DNA from: Octopus vulgaris
Lineage: Eukaryota
Length of the DNA: 64,000 nt
Direction: 5' to 3'
NCBI GenBank assembly: GCA_951406725.2
Contig: OX597827.1
Coordinates: 71,486,001 to 71,550,000 of the forward strand
The position numbers and the translations under genes are program-made. Below the pieces are notes generated by a model. The model made no database searches, was not told the origin of the DNA, and worked only from the letters and a program-made list of their open reading frames with translations. Positions 25,535-39,913 of the stretch are shown in pieces. Position 1 is the stretch's first letter. Each line of letters opens with the position of its first letter.

Positions 25535-28501
25535 ATGTATGTATAGATGTGCATGTGTGTGTCTGTAGAGGGGGATGGGGAGGAGTGTTAGTTGATACTC
25601 AGTATTTGATCTCTACTTTATTTAATCAGCCGCGAAAGGATGAAAGTTGACCTTGGTGGGAGTTGAACTCAGAACATTAAGGTACGGAGCAAATCCGAAA
25701 AAAAACCCAAACAAACTAATAATAATAAAGTGAATAAAGCACTTATCTAACGATTCTGCCAGCTCACCGACTCTGTCCGTTGAATATCTTATCATATTTA
25801 AAATTGGTACATTGCCGTATATCTTGGTATAGGTGGTGATCGTGGCCATGATGCAGTAGTCAATTAAAATTCTACCTCATTGTATTACTGGTATTTTTGT
25901 TATGGATCCCCGACGAGTAAAAGACAATGTCAATCTCAGTAGGATTCGAAGTTAGAATCTTTAAGGGACGAAGCTAAAAACTGCAGTGCAAGCTACCGAA
26001 TTTGATGACATACAAGATGCGCCTTTTGGTTTTCCCCATAAATGTATGTATAGATGTGCATGTGTGTGTCTGTAGAGGGGGATGGGGAGGAGTGTTAGTT
26101 GATACTCAGTATTTGATCTCTACTTCATTTAATCAGCCGCGAAAGGATGAAAGCTGACCTTGGTGGGAGTTGAACTCCGTACCTTAATCTTTAAAAACTA
26201 ACCCCGAGTCCTACATGTGAAGTCGAGCTTCCCATAAGCTTTAATACTTTAAAAACATTTTTATACCCGAATGTAAGCTGGTGAAATTGGGGTGGATCTA
26301 ATATGATCACCTGTTTTTTTACGCCATCAAATAACGGTATTTAAGCCATCACTAATAATTCTATTTGTAATGTCCATTGCCCTCTAAATAAAGGTTCCTA
26401 ATTTAAAGAGTCAGAACAAATATCGAACCATTTGGTCCGAAGTCCTTACGTTTCTGTCGGTTCGTAGCCTGTTTTAATAATAGCAGTTCCTACTTTTGGC
26501 ACAAGGCCAGTAATTTTGATGGTGCGGTTAGTTGATGCCATCGATCCCAATATTTGACTGGTACTTATTTTATCGATCCCGAAAGGTTAAAGGACAAGGT
26601 TGACTGTGGCAGGATTTTGAGCGCAAAACGTTGCCAGCCGGATGCTCTAACGATTCCACCAAACCACCGTCCTTGCCCTTGGTAATAGCTATTTCTACTA
26701 TAGGTACAAGGGCCTGGAATTTTGTGGAAAGGGTTACGCGATTACGTCGATTCCGATATTCCACCTCGAAAGGATGAAAGACAAAGTCGACCTCGGCGGG
26801 ATTTGAACTCAGAACGTTAGGCGGGAAGAAATACTTCTAAGCATTTCGTCCGACGCGGTAACCTATCTGCCAGTAATCATGATAATAATAATAAGGTTCT
26901 ACATTGTCATAAGGCCCAAACACTGTTTTTGGAGGTGGGATGAAGTACAGAGTAAAAAATAAAAATACCCTCAGTATATAACTAGTACCTATTTTATCGA
27001 CCCCGGGGATATAGACAAGGCTGATCTTGGTGGCGTTTGATCTCAAAGCGTAGAGAGGTATATAAACGTTGCAAGGCATTTAACGGCGGCAATACTGATT
27101 CCCTAAAAATACAAATACGCAAAATTCCAAATCCATGTATACGACTGAAATATCCATACACATACGGAAATACGGAAATAATAGGAATTTCTGAATTAAG
27201 TACACGGCCAGCAGTCGACACCATCCACTCCATGTTTGAATGGTTCTTTCTTTTTGATCTCCATGTGTCTAACACACGTGGACATGCCTACAAAGTCAGA
27301 AAACAACACAGCTCCCATGACTTTCGGAAACATTTTTTCACGCTCAGAGTTGCTGAAGCATGGAATAAACTGCCTGCGTTAGTTGTTGACTGCCATGACA
27401 CTGCATCCTTTAAGGCCCTCATGCTTTCCGAAATCCGCCGAAACTACACCTGATTATATATACACTTTAGATGAGTTGTAGTGCACCTGAGCACTGTACA
27501 CAATTATTATTATTATTATTAATCTATTTTGGATAGGTGAAAGGTAAAGTTGTCTCTAAGTGTGATTAGAGATCAGAAAGTAAAAAACTAGAACAAAACC
27601 ACAAAGCGTTTTTTTTCCCCTGCCGCTCTGATGATTCTTTCTAACTCGCTGCCTCAGTAATGAAGCAATATGGAATGGGAACGGGATAAGTCTATTACAC
27701 TGGCTCCAGTAGTTGACTTGTACTTTATTTTATCGACCCCGAAAGGATGAAAGGTAACGATGGCCTCAGCAAGAATTTGAATTCATAAGGTAAAGGGCCA
27801 AGGGAAACGCTGCTAAAGGCGCGAACGATCCTGTCAGCTCGCCACCTCAAGTTAATAATGATAATAACACTTTCTAGAATTGGCGCAAGGCCTGAAATGT
27901 TTTGGGAGAGGGTTATTTGGTTATATTGACCCAAGATCGACTGTTACTTATTTTATCAACTCCGAACGGACGATAAGCTACGTTGGACTTGGGCGGAACT
28001 TGAACTCAAAATGTGAAGAGCCGGAAGAAATGTCGCTAGGCAATTTGTCCGGGCAGGTAACGATTTTGTCAGTTTGCTACCTTGAAGTTAATAACGATGA
28101 TAATGATAATTCTTTCTAGTAGCGGCTCAAGGTCTGAAATTTTGGTGGAGTGGGCTAGTCGATTACATCGACCCCCAGTGCTCAACTCATTGTATTACTG
28201 GTATTTTTGTTATGGATCCCCGACGAGTAAAAGACAACGTCAATCTCAGTAGGATTCGAAGTTAGAATCTTTAAGGGACGAAGCTAAAAACCGCAGTGCA
28301 AGCTACCGAATTCGATGACATACAAGATGCGCCTTTTGGTTTTCCCCCCAAATATCTTTAAAAGCTCACCCCGGGTCCTACATGTGAAGTCGAGCCTCCC
28401 ATAAGCTTTAATGCTCTAAAAACATTTTTATACCCGAATGTAAGCTGGTGAAATTGGGGTGGATCTAATATGATCACCTGTTTTTTATGCCATCAAATAA
28501 C
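25535..28501 (+). repeat. Nested local direct duplications
   Basis: 25535-25670 is duplicated at 26042-26177. 25876-26037 plus 26187-26335 is duplicated contiguously at 28186-28501. Confidence 0.9.
27215..27520 (+). mobile_element. CR1-like LINE 3' end
   Basis: NTRGHAYKVRKQHSSHDFRKHFFTLRVAEAWNKLPALVVDCHDTASFK...* followed by a short 3'UTR and (ATT)n tail. Confidence 0.9.
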
Positions 28502-28837
28502 TTATGATCAAAATCCTTTATCGACTCTGAAAGGATGAAAGGCAAAGTCGACTTCGGCGGAAATTGAACTCAGAACGCAAAGACAGGCGACATGCCGTTA
28601 AGCATTTCCCCCTGTTGTGCTAACGATTCTGCCAGCTCGTTGCCTTAAGGAACATGATAATAGTGACAATACAACTTAGTTAACCACTAAGTTATACAGT
28701 GACAAGTATAACAGGAGTAAAGTATGAAGACGAGCTTAGAAACAGAAAGACAGAATAAATATAAATAACTGTAAGATGACAAGATAAATAGAGAGACGAT
28801 GGAAGAAAGAAAGGTAGACAGGGTGAGTAATTTACTG

Positions 28838-28874
<37 letters not shown>

Positions 28875-28937
28875 AGTGAGAGAGAATAGAGAGAGTAAAA
28901 AAGAGATGAAGAAAGAATAAAGATAAAGATATATATG

Positions 28938-28993
<56 letters not shown>

Positions 28994-29144
28994 GGTGGGG
29001 GAAAGAAAGAGAAATAGAGATGGTTAGTGACTGAGTGGAAGATAGAAATAGATTTAGAAAGAAGGGGAATGTTAGAGAGAAAGGAAGAAACAGACAAAAG
29101 ACAAAGAGAAATATAGATAGATAAAGGGAGAGAGAAAGAGAAAT

Positions 29145-29195
<51 letters not shown>

Positions 29196-29764
29196 AGAGC
29201 GAAGAAAAGAAAAAAATAGGAAAGAATGTTGTATTTTTCATTGTTTCTCATCAAAGATTGATGACATGCTAGAAAATTTAATATTTTAAAAAAATTTCTG
29301 TTACGAAGCCGCCATGTTTGATAGTAACCAAAATATATTATTTGTCGAAGAGTAAATGTAGATTATTGCAATTATTTTTCAATATTTACCGCCATATTGA
29401 ATCTGTTTCGAGTAGCCTTCAGTGACGAGAACCAGGGACAAAGGTTGCTATTATGGTCCGTAGTAAGGAAAGACCACCACCTAAATCTGAACGTCTCCAT
29501 CCCACTTAACTTTTCTTAAGGACACTCTCTGTCAATGGTGACCACGCATCTGCACACATATGTGCAATCCTGGAGATGATTTCCTTTTTTTTAGTTGCCT
29601 ATGTATCTATTATGATGACCAGTTACCTATGTATCCACGCCATAGAAGTTTAATCAAATAAAATGCTACTGTCTTGGCTCTAGTATAATTATAGGCGTCG
29701 CTGTCTGAATGCAAAGATATCACAAGTCACGTCGTCTAATCTTTTAACAGTTCCGTCAACTTAC

Positions 29765-30181
29765 CTATTTCTTTACTACCCACAAGGGGCTAAACACAGA
29801 GGGGACAAACAACGACAGACAAACGGATTAAGCCGATTACATCGACCCCAGTGTGTAACTGGTACTTATTTAATAGACCCTGAAAGGATGAAAGGCAAAG
29901 TCGACCTCGGCGGAATTTGAACTCAGAACGTAGCGGCAGACGAAATACCTATTTCTTTACTACCCACAAGGGACTAAACACAGAGAGGACAAACAAGGAT
30001 AGACAAACGGATTAAGCCGATTACATCGACCCCAGTGCCTAACTGGTACTTAATTTATCGACCCCAAAAGGATGAAAGGCAAAGTCGACCTCGGCGGAAT
30101 TTGAACTCAGAACGTAACGGCAGACGAAATACGGCTACGCATTTCGCCCAGCGTGCTAACGTTTCTGCCAGCTCGTCGCCT
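29765..30181 (-). mobile_element. SINE family A, dimeric
   Basis: Two ~180-bp body units and one head (GCCAGCTCGTCGCC). Confidence 0.9.
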
Positions 30182-31134
30182 AGTTCCGTTAACTTACCGC
30201 GTTTGACTGATACTCAACCAGGTAAACTGTAGTAGTAGTAGTAGTAGTAGTAGTTGCTGTTGTTGCTTAGCGTTAAATCAACGGCGCAGATCGTGCCGCC
30301 ATGACAATTCTAGAACTAATGTTCAATAGGTCTTTTCGTTTTCTTGATGATCGGGCGGGATTTTCGGGAGAGATGTAAGCTATTTCGAGCATTTTGTATG
30401 ACCATGTAGAAGCGCCCCTATTAGGTTTTTAAACTTGGCAACGTTTCACTCACGTTTATTTCTGTTTTTGTTATTTCTAATATTTTATGTGGCCACACAA
30501 TGACTTCCCCATGACTTGTTCTCTAATTCAAGATTACCCTGTTCAAACAGACTTATGATCAAAATCATTCTAACCAAGGCCATGAATACTCTGTCTTTTA
30601 ACCAGACATAGTATTATATCGCAATACTACACAATGGCTGTGTGAGCTACGAAAATCCTCGTCACCACTGTTATATCTCACGTTCGGATGACCTCTACTC
30701 AACTCCTCGACGTCTAGAATTCTCCCTCTATATCTACGTATTGGGCTAGCCTACTTCATCGTCTGGGGGCGTCTACACAATACATAGTCTACCTCAGGCT
30801 ATATTAACAAATGTGCCAGTTTTTAAAGATTAGAAGGTGAGCTGGTGATGATGTTACGTGGTGTAGATTGAACTATTATTTCTTTAGAGTCAAGCAACTA
30901 CGAAGATGTTCGAAATAGTTCATGTTTTCAAAGCGCCTTTAAGAAATGCTTCACGGCATGGTCAGGGTTTTTCCAGAGTCAACTTATACAGCTACGAGAA
31001 AATTCCGTGAAAATACAAATACGCAAAATTTCACATCCATATATACGACTGAAATATCCATACTCATACGGAAAATTCAACGTACATCCACGCATGGAAT
31101 ATTCCACAATTCCATACAGATGGAAACTTCTCCC

Positions 31135-31282
31135 TGTAGGTTAGAAACTCGCCTTGTAACCACGTGGTTTTGGGTTCAGTTCCACTGCGTGACACCTTGG
31201 GCAAATGTCTTCTACTATAGCTCAGGGCCAACCAATGCCTTTTGATTGATGTGAGACGGAAACGGTGTGGAAGCCCGTTGTC

Positions 31283-31314
<32 letters not shown>

Positions 31315-31590
31315 TGTATGTATGTATGTATGTATGTATGTATGTATGTATATGTGTGCGCGTGCGTCTATGTGCATATGTGTGTATGTCACTTTATGTT
31401 TGCGTTCGTCCTTTCCACCGCTCGACAACCAGGGTTAGTTTGTTTACGTCCTCGAAATATAACGGTTCGGCAAAAGCGACCGATAAAATAAGTACTAGGA
31501 GGTGGAGGGGGGTCGATTTGTCCGACTAAGCCTTTCAAGGCGGTGCCCCAGCATGGCCACAGTCCGATGACTGCAACAAGTAAAAGACGT
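31135..31590 (+). mobile_element. SINE family B, older copy
   Basis: GGGTTCAGTTCCACTGCGTGACACCTTGGGCAAATGTCTTC...(TATG)n...GGCGGTGCCCCAGCATGGCCACAGTC...AAGTAAAAG. Confidence 0.8.
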
Positions 31591-31680
31591 GAAATGAATA
31601 TATGTTAAGTTCCGCGTAGAAGCGCGAATGAATTGTTGCATACACATTAACACATTAAAATGGCATACGTACCCCTCCAC

Positions 31681-31745
<65 letters not shown>

Positions 31746-31981
31746 CACGCACACACACACACGGGAAGTTCCATGCACATATGGAACATTCCATACACAT
31801 AGGAAAGGAAAATTCATGCAGACGCAGTAAGCTCGATATTCGAACATATACAGTAAGTTGTGTACGGATTTATGGTTTCGAAATTTTGACACAAGGCCAG
31901 CAAATTTAGGGGTGGTGGGGGTGGGGCACTTTTATTTTATCGATCACGAAAGGACGAAAGGCAAAGTCGACCTGCAATTTG

Positions 31982-32405
31982 GGATCTTTTCGGTTTGAAC
32001 GGCAGCTTTTTCTAGCGGTGTCATATGAAATTGTCACCCATAATTATGACCCTAGTATCGATCTATTGCATTTCAATCTATTTTAGGGTTAGGGTTAGGG
32101 TTAGGGGTGGGGGGAAAGGTATCTTTTTTTCTTCACAAATGTAAATAAACCCAATCTGTTTCTTAAACGAGGGGCATATTGATACGGCACAGAATGTTGT
32201 TTACCACAATGGACGTCACTGATTGGTTGAAATTGCAGAAATTAAAGAAAAAAAAACAACAAATATCTTACAAACTATAGAATTTTCTCAATAAAGCCAA
32301 GAGAAAAAGATGTTTCATAAACACATTCTACCAGTATACGAAGTTAAAAATTTTTTAGTTACCTAGAAATTATGTTAAAAACTGCCGTTCAAACCGAAAA
32401 GATCC
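31982..32405. mobile_element. MITE with ~28-bp TIRs, 8-bp TSD and internal (TTAGGG)4 (Merlin- or MULE-like)
   Basis: TIRs GGATCTTTTCGGTTTGAACGGCAG and CTGCCGTTCAAACCGAAAAGATCC; TSD GCAATTTG at 31974-31981 and 32406-32413; inserted in a family A SINE. Confidence 0.9.
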
Positions 32406-32871
32406 GCAATTTGAACTTAGTAAAGACGGACGAAATGTCGCTAATCATTTTGCTTGGAGCGGTCACGATTCCACCAACTTCCGCCAGATTCTGGCCATCT
32501 TCCGTCTTAAGCCGTAGACACATATTAAAAGTCGTCCACATAAACACACATGGAGCCGTGGAAATATTCACTGCTATAAGTAGTAAGCAGAGTTCAATTC
32601 TATAGAAGAGCTTGAACCTTCCCATGGGTTTGGACAGATTAAAGGAGAAATCACATAAGATATTCAATGATTTAGCCACAATTTTGATGTCTTGTAGATA
32701 TTAACTATGTCGAGTTTATATCCCGTCGAGTCAACTTCGCCTTTCATCACTCCGAGATCAATAAAATAAAGTAACGGTTAAGTACTGTGCTAGATTTAAT
32801 CCGCCTACCAGTCATTCCTTTCACAATAAGAGAAAAAAAAAACGTCTAACCTTGTGGTCATGTTAGAAACA

Positions 32872-32945
<74 letters not shown>

Positions 32946-33051
32946 GCATTATTTCGACAAAATGTTTATTCACTTTCAGATTTACCTTTGAATGAGTTCT
33001 TTATTCTAAGTGGACGGATATAGTTTCTTTGAACACTTCGCCCCTGGAATA

Positions 33052-33146
<95 letters not shown>

Positions 33147-33159
33147 TATATACGTATAT

Positions 33160-33190
<31 letters not shown>

Positions 33191-33254
33191 TTATTATATA
33201 GAAGGAGCTTCTACAGGACTAGAACTGTGGTCAACCCCGAATCAACCCGGGACC

Positions 33255-33306
<52 letters not shown>

Positions 33307-33447
33307 TATATATATATGTATATATATATGTATATATATACGTATATATATATATATATTTATATATATATGCGTGTGTGTGTGTAATATTTACATCTAT
33401 CTATCTACCTAACTATCTATCTATCTATATATATATATATGATATAT

Positions 33448-33505
<58 letters not shown>

Positions 33506-33974
33506 CATACATATTTATATGTATATGTATATATATATATGTATGTATGTGCACACACACACACACACACACGTACGCACGAAACAGCAGTTTGGCCCTT
33601 TGAAGAATCCTTAAAGCTAAGATTGCATAACTTTGCTCCGTTTTATGCCACTTCCCGTTCACAGAGGAGAAAGCTGATAACTAACGAGTAAGCTTCCTAG
33701 CAAAGATTGCTACTTACCTATCCCAAACACTTTTTGCACATCTACCGAGCAGGGGTTGATGAGGAAACCGGTTCATTTAAAACTAATTTTGTTGATGCTT
33801 AGAGAAACAGCGAGAGAACGGCACCGGATACGACGCCATAAGTCATATAGGAAATGTCCGTTATACACAAAGTCTTTCTGAGCGATTTACATTGACACAA
33901 ATTATCATTGTTTCGGGTTGTATTTATTCAGAATCTAGAGCGATACAATTTGATCTTCTGAGAATCAATCTCAA

Positions 33975-34112
33975 TGTTTAGTTATCTTCGCAACCACGTG
34001 GTTTAGAGTTCAGTCCTACTGCGCAGTACCTTAGGCAAGCGTTTTCTGCCACACACACACACAAACACATGTATATATGTATATATATGTATATATATGT
34101 GTGCGTGTATAC

Positions 34113-34160
<48 letters not shown>

Positions 34161-34202
34161 TATACATATGCATATATAAATATATATGTATATATATATA
34201 TG

Positions 34203-34255
<53 letters not shown>

Positions 34256-34530
34256 GTATATATATGTATGCATGTATGTATGTATGTGTGTGTATGCGTG
34301 TGTGTGCATGTGTGTGTTTAAGTGTTTGTCTGTCTTCGCTCGACAACTCTGTTAGTTTGTTTATGTCTCCGTAATTAGCGGTTTATCAAAAGAGACCGAT
34401 AGAATAAATACCAGACTTTAAAAAAAAAAAAATTTGATATAAGTACCGGAAGCGATTTGTCCGGATAAACCCTTCAAGGCAGTGCTCCGGTATGGTCGCA
34501 GTTCACGATTGAAACAAGTAAAAGATAAAA
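33975..34530 (+). mobile_element. SINE family B, old, with expanded internal (TA)n
   Basis: Head GAGTTCAGTCCTACTGCGCAGTACCTTAGGCAAG and tail GGCAGTGCTCCGGTATGGTCGCAG...GAAACAAGTAAAAGATAAAA. Confidence 0.7.
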
Positions 34531-34972
34531 AACAAAAATGAAAGACAAAAAAAAAAAAGATAATATTTTATTTTATCGATCTCTTTCTCGGAAGGATGAG
34601 AAATATTGTTTACCTGAGCAAGATTTGAACTAAGAACCTAGAGGGCCGCAACCAGCTTAATTAGCGCAGACATTCCATTCTTTCTGACATTCTAACGATT
34701 CTTTGTCACTTTACAGATTTCTCGTAGATGTACATGGCGGGGTTCGCGTGGGAAAGGAAAAGGCGTGATTCGAACGAGAGCTGGTTGTTGTGGCTAATTA
34801 GCAACGCATTGTGGGTTGTTTTTGGGATCATGCAAAGAAGGAAGGAAATTTGGCTGTTCTTTCTAACATTCAGGAATACTATGCGGAGGCACTCATTGTT
34901 GGCTCTGACACAGTTGTGTGTAATTTAAAGAAGAATTTGATGCTATATTTCAGTTAGATGTCGCTACACTAC

Positions 34973-35022
<50 letters not shown>

Positions 35023-35176
35023 TTCTTTCTTCCTCTGTCTCTTATTGGTTCATACATACCCGTATTCGAGTATGTGTGTGTTTAGATACATTCGCACACA
35101 CACTCACACACACACACAAATGTATAATATATATTATGCATGCATGTATGTATATAATATATATATTATGCATGTA

Positions 35177-35222
<46 letters not shown>

Positions 35223-35311
35223 ATATGTATATATATACATATATAATGCATGTATGTATATATATAATATATATATATATATTTATATATTATGCATGTA
35301 TGTATATATAT

Positions 35312-35352
<41 letters not shown>

Positions 35353-35369
35353 GTATATATAAATGCATA

Positions 35370-35400
<31 letters not shown>

Positions 35401-35427
35401 ATATGCATGCATGTATGTATATATAGC

Positions 35428-35502
<75 letters not shown>

Positions 35503-36243
35503 GTATATAAATATTTATATCGGATGAACACAACGCCATATTCAGTCCGTCATCTGATGTGCTTTTCACTCTGTCTATCTCTTTCTCTAAAATCTCTCTT
35601 CTTACCATCGTCCTCCCTCCCTCCCTCTTTCATTCGTTCACTCACTCCGTCACTCACTCTTTCCTTCTCGCTTTCAAAGCTACAGGGTATAATTCTAAGG
35701 GAAATTTAGTTGCTATTTCTCGCTAGTCGATCGACGACCACGCCGCTCCTCTCTGGTGTGTTTTAAACGGCTGTCACGACTCTACACAATGCAATTATTT
35801 CCTATAAATTTCAAAGGAAAAATATATCACCGTTAATGTCTGGCTGACATGTCATGCAAATATCTCATCACGAGATTTTAAGCCGTAGTTTCGCATTTGT
35901 TTTTTCTTGTTTTCTTTTAATAAAACCTAGGAAATCTTTGAATGCTTCAACCTTTTTGGTTCCTCTCCTCCAAACAACAATAATAACAAATGACCAAATA
36001 CTGACACTGCAACTGCAATTTTTTTTATTTTTTTAATCCTAAATTCCTATAAAACATATTTTGCTCTTAACAAATGATGTATGTTCATTTGATAAAAGCG
36101 AACGTCAATCAACAGACGCTGGTCTGTCTAACCTATTAACTGTTTTTTTTTTTTATATATAACTGTTTTATATAACTATTTTATAGTTATTTTTTTTTAC
36201 AGATATTTCATGAGAAAAACAGTGAACTCACCACTAGCTTGTT

Positions 36244-36322
<79 letters not shown>

Positions 36323-36451
36323 GACATACACGTACGCACACACACAAACGCACGCACGCAGGCATACAAGCATGCTCACAACCATTGCATTTACATACAT
36401 GCATATATATATATATATTATACTCTTATATATATATATATATGTATTATA

Positions 36452-36485
<34 letters not shown>

Positions 36486-36489
36486 GTAT

Positions 36490-36687
36490 ATGCTCTTTTA
36501 CTCTCCTTTTACTCTTTTACTTGTTTCAGTCGTTTGACTGCGGCCATGCTGGAGCACCGCCTTTAGTCGAGCAAATCGACCCCAGGACTTATTCTTTGGA
36601 AGCCTAGTACTTATTCTATCGGTCTCTTTTGCCGAACCGCTAAGTTACAGGGTCGTAAACACACCAGCATCGGTTGTCAGACACCAT

Positions 36688-36722
<35 letters not shown>

Positions 36723-36922
36723 TACATATATATATATATACACACACATACATATATAATACAGGCTTGTTTCAGTTTCCGTCTACCAAATCCACTCACA
36801 AGGCTTTGGTCAGCCCGAGGCTATAGTAGAAGACAGTTGCCCAAGGTGCCACGCAGTGGGAATGAACCCGGAACCATGTGGTTGGTAAGCAAGCTACTTA
36901 CCACACAGCCACTCCTGCGCCT
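36490..36922 (-). mobile_element. SINE family B, full length
   Basis: Reverse complement of 54407-54817. Confidence 0.9.
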
Positions 36923-37072
36923 ATTATATATATATATGTATATACATATATGAATATGTATATATGAATATATATATACACACACATACATGCTCACATA
37001 TATACGCTTATATATATATATATATATATATATGCATGCATACTCATTATGTATGTGTGTGTGTGTGGTATA

Positions 37073-37471
37073 TCTTTATATATAAAAGTAAGGTTGTGTG
37101 TCTGTCTCCTACGATTTAGATTCCTAACTACTCCCACATTTTGCGGTGCAGTTTAACCAAAACCAGGGTATCTTATAGTCGTGATTCATATCGAGCCCTT
37201 CTGGGTATTAGCGCGCGTCTACGATGAGTCTACGATTTTAAAAATAATTTACCATCATGTTTTTCCATTTTAATGCATTTTTTCCGCTATTATATAAGGG
37301 AAGTAACTCTCTAAAAATGTCTACGATGAGTCAACGATTTAAAAATAAATTTACCATCATTTTTCTTCCATTTCTAATGCAATTTTTTGCTATCTTTTGG
37401 CTATAAATCTCTAAAAATGCTTTATAGTTATTTCCCTTACAAACCCGAGCAACGCCGGGCGATACTGCTAG
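37073..37471 (+). mobile_element. Non-autonomous Helitron, intact ends
   Basis: 5' TC (A|TCTTTATATATAAAA), 3' hairpin CCCGAGCAACGCCGGG about 10 nt before CTAG|T, insertion between A and T with no TSD, and an internal ~100-bp duplication (CTACGATGAGTC...TTTACCATCAT). Confidence 0.9.
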
Positions 37472-37479
37472 TACATATA

Positions 37480-37544
<65 letters not shown>

Positions 37545-37622
37545 ATGAATATATATCATATAATTTTATGTACATGTGAAACAAGTTAAAGGGATATATA
37601 AATATATATAAAACGTGTGTGT

Positions 37623-37666
<44 letters not shown>

Positions 37667-37674
37667 CAGACCGT

Positions 37675-37880
37675 TTAACTCACGATGGTGAAATCGTGAT
37701 TTCAGTCCCTGGAGCGCGTGATGCATTGTGTTCGTGAACAAGGGACTTCATCTCACGCTGCTCTACAATTACCTCCACATCTGACGTGTTGTACACCGTA
37801 CGTCTGTTCAGACAATGTCGATTTGATGGAGGGTATGAGCTAATGTACAACACATACATTCGACCACTATAAAAAAATCG
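37675..37880 (-). mobile_element. Old CORE-type SINE fragment
   Basis: The reverse strand contains CORE-like GTAATTGTAGAGCAGCGTGAGATGAAGTCCCTTGTTCACGAACACAATGC. Orientation is uncertain: the + strand may be the sense strand (CATTGTGTTCGTGAACAAGGGACTTCATCTCACGCTGCTC). Confidence 0.45.
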
Positions 37881-38084
37881 TAAGTGCAGAACTATCTTTC
37901 TCGGACTACGGGGGACTACTATCATCTATATATTGACGGTTACCTCTGACGAGTGCAAGGTTACATAACCGGACCGTTACTTAACACACCGTTGGTAAAA
38001 TCGGCCGTAATTTATATATAATGCTGTACATTTCGATCAATGCACACACACACACAGACACAGACACAGACAGACAGACAGACA

Positions 38085-38136
<52 letters not shown>

Positions 38137-38947
38137 AATACATTCATAATACATCCATGTCAGCGCGTCTATGTTTTGCTGTTGCTGTTGCGGTCTTTCT
38201 CGTTGCTGAATCCTAGGCCAGTCCTTTTCGAGCCGACCTACATTCAAAGACATTCCATGCATGACCCTCCAGTTTTACTCCTTGCTTCAGTACTGCAGTA
38301 TCGTCTTTCTTTACTACAACAACGCTATAGTGTAAAATGGCGAGAAATTTGACTACTATTTCTAACCGATCAATCGACCACGTAGAGGGACCCCACTAAC
38401 AGCAGAGGATGGAGTCGGAGATAGCAGTAGGATAACATAGAATTGCAGTAGGATGGCAGCAGAATGGCAGTAGGACTGCAGTGGGATGCGGCAGTCGTAA
38501 TGGTATTTACTGCATTGATAGTCGGAATAATAGAGAATTGGTCGAGCGATGGTGGGGTGTTGTTGTTGGCGGTAGGGTCATAGGCACAAGGCCTGAAATT
38601 TTGGAGGAGGAGGCGGGGGTCGTCGATTACATCGACCCCAGAGTTCAACTGATACTTTATTTAATCGGCCCTGAAATGATAAAAGGCAAAATCGATCGCA
38701 GTGGAATTTGAACTTAGAACGTAAACCGGACGAAATGCCGCTACGTATTTTGTCCGGCGTGTCAGCTGGCCGCTTCCAGTGGTGTTAGTACTGATGATTA
38801 AGTCGATGATATTGTTGATGGTAGTGTCGTGCTGATGGGGATGTAGTGTTGGTTGCCATGGTGTCAATATCGATTTTGGTTCGTGACAGTGTTGGTGTTA
38901 GTAGGGTGTTGCTGAGGGACGTCTTGGTTGTAGTACTGTTAACATTT

Positions 38948-39112
38948 ATGATCACCTGATGGTCATCTGATGATCATTTGACTACTGACGGTCATCTGAT
39001 GATTATCTGTTGATCCTCTGATGGTCACCTGATAGTGATCTGATTGTCATCCGATAGTCATCTGATGTTCAGCTGGCTGTCATCTGATGGTTATCTGATG
39101 TTCACCTGATGG
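38948..39112. repeat. Degenerate 11-bp minisatellite (TGATGGTCATC)n
   Basis: About 14 imperfect units, e.g. TGATGGTCATC, TGATGATCATT, TGATGGTCACC, TGATGTTCACC. Confidence 0.8.
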
Positions 39113-39844
39113 TGCTTCTTGTGTTGGTCAGGCGATGAAAATACGAACTTGATATGAAAGTTGGTCAAGCGATACTGATTTATAACTTAGGTACAAGACC
39201 AGAAATCTGGCATTGGATGAGAACAGCAAATTAAATCGATCCTGATCGATTTACAGATTATATCGATTCTCATCTCAATATTTTTTTTATCAATCTCGAA
39301 TGGCTGAAAGGAAAAATTGATCTCAGAGTGATTTGAACTCAGAACTTAGGTTAGACAAAAGACCTAGCCATATATTTATTTATATGTTTATCACGATATC
39401 GGGGAGATATAAAATGGAATAATAAATTGTGAGATTAATAGTATCTTTCTCTCGAAGAGATCTAAGGGAAGCGCTATCACAGAATCATCCTGTTACGAGC
39501 TTATCGCAAATTCCTTTACTGCGTTTGTTAGCAATACAGGTTTCGTTTAACTACGAGTCTCGGAAAGAGTGGGAGGAGTAGAAACAGAAGAAGTCGAAGT
39601 CGAAGAAATAGTTGGAGTAGGAGGAAACGAGAAGTTCTGATCTCCGTTTTTTTTTTTGTTTTTTGTGTCATGACTTTTGTGAGATAAAAAAAAAAATGAA
39701 GCACTACGAACTTGAAACACAAAATCGAGACGTTGGGAACCGCCCCGAAACAGCAGTAACGGAATAACGGTCATGTCTTCTTTAGCTGTGGACACAATAA
39801 GTGCTGTGTTCTCTAATGATGACAAGGGAAGAGATAGACAGATA

Positions 39845-39913
<69 letters not shown>

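Larger units (their letters stand above)
24797..28648 (-). mobile_element. Cluster of about 10 old family A SINE copies, all on the minus strand
   Basis: Recurring ACAAGGCC...TTTATCGACCCCGAAAGGATGAAAGG...GAATTTGAACTCAGAAC...AACGATTCTGCCAGCTC blocks with heavy divergence. Confidence 0.75.

Noticed and set aside
32083-32106. Chromosome end or telomere healing site
   Set aside because: Only four units, and they lie inside a TIR element with a TSD.
33718-33877. Minus-strand exon with a strong GTAAGT donor
   Set aside because: Weak acceptor, a stop in the most extended frame and no recognisable peptide.
37949-37985. CTGACGA hammerhead core
   Set aside because: No stem II followed by GAAA.
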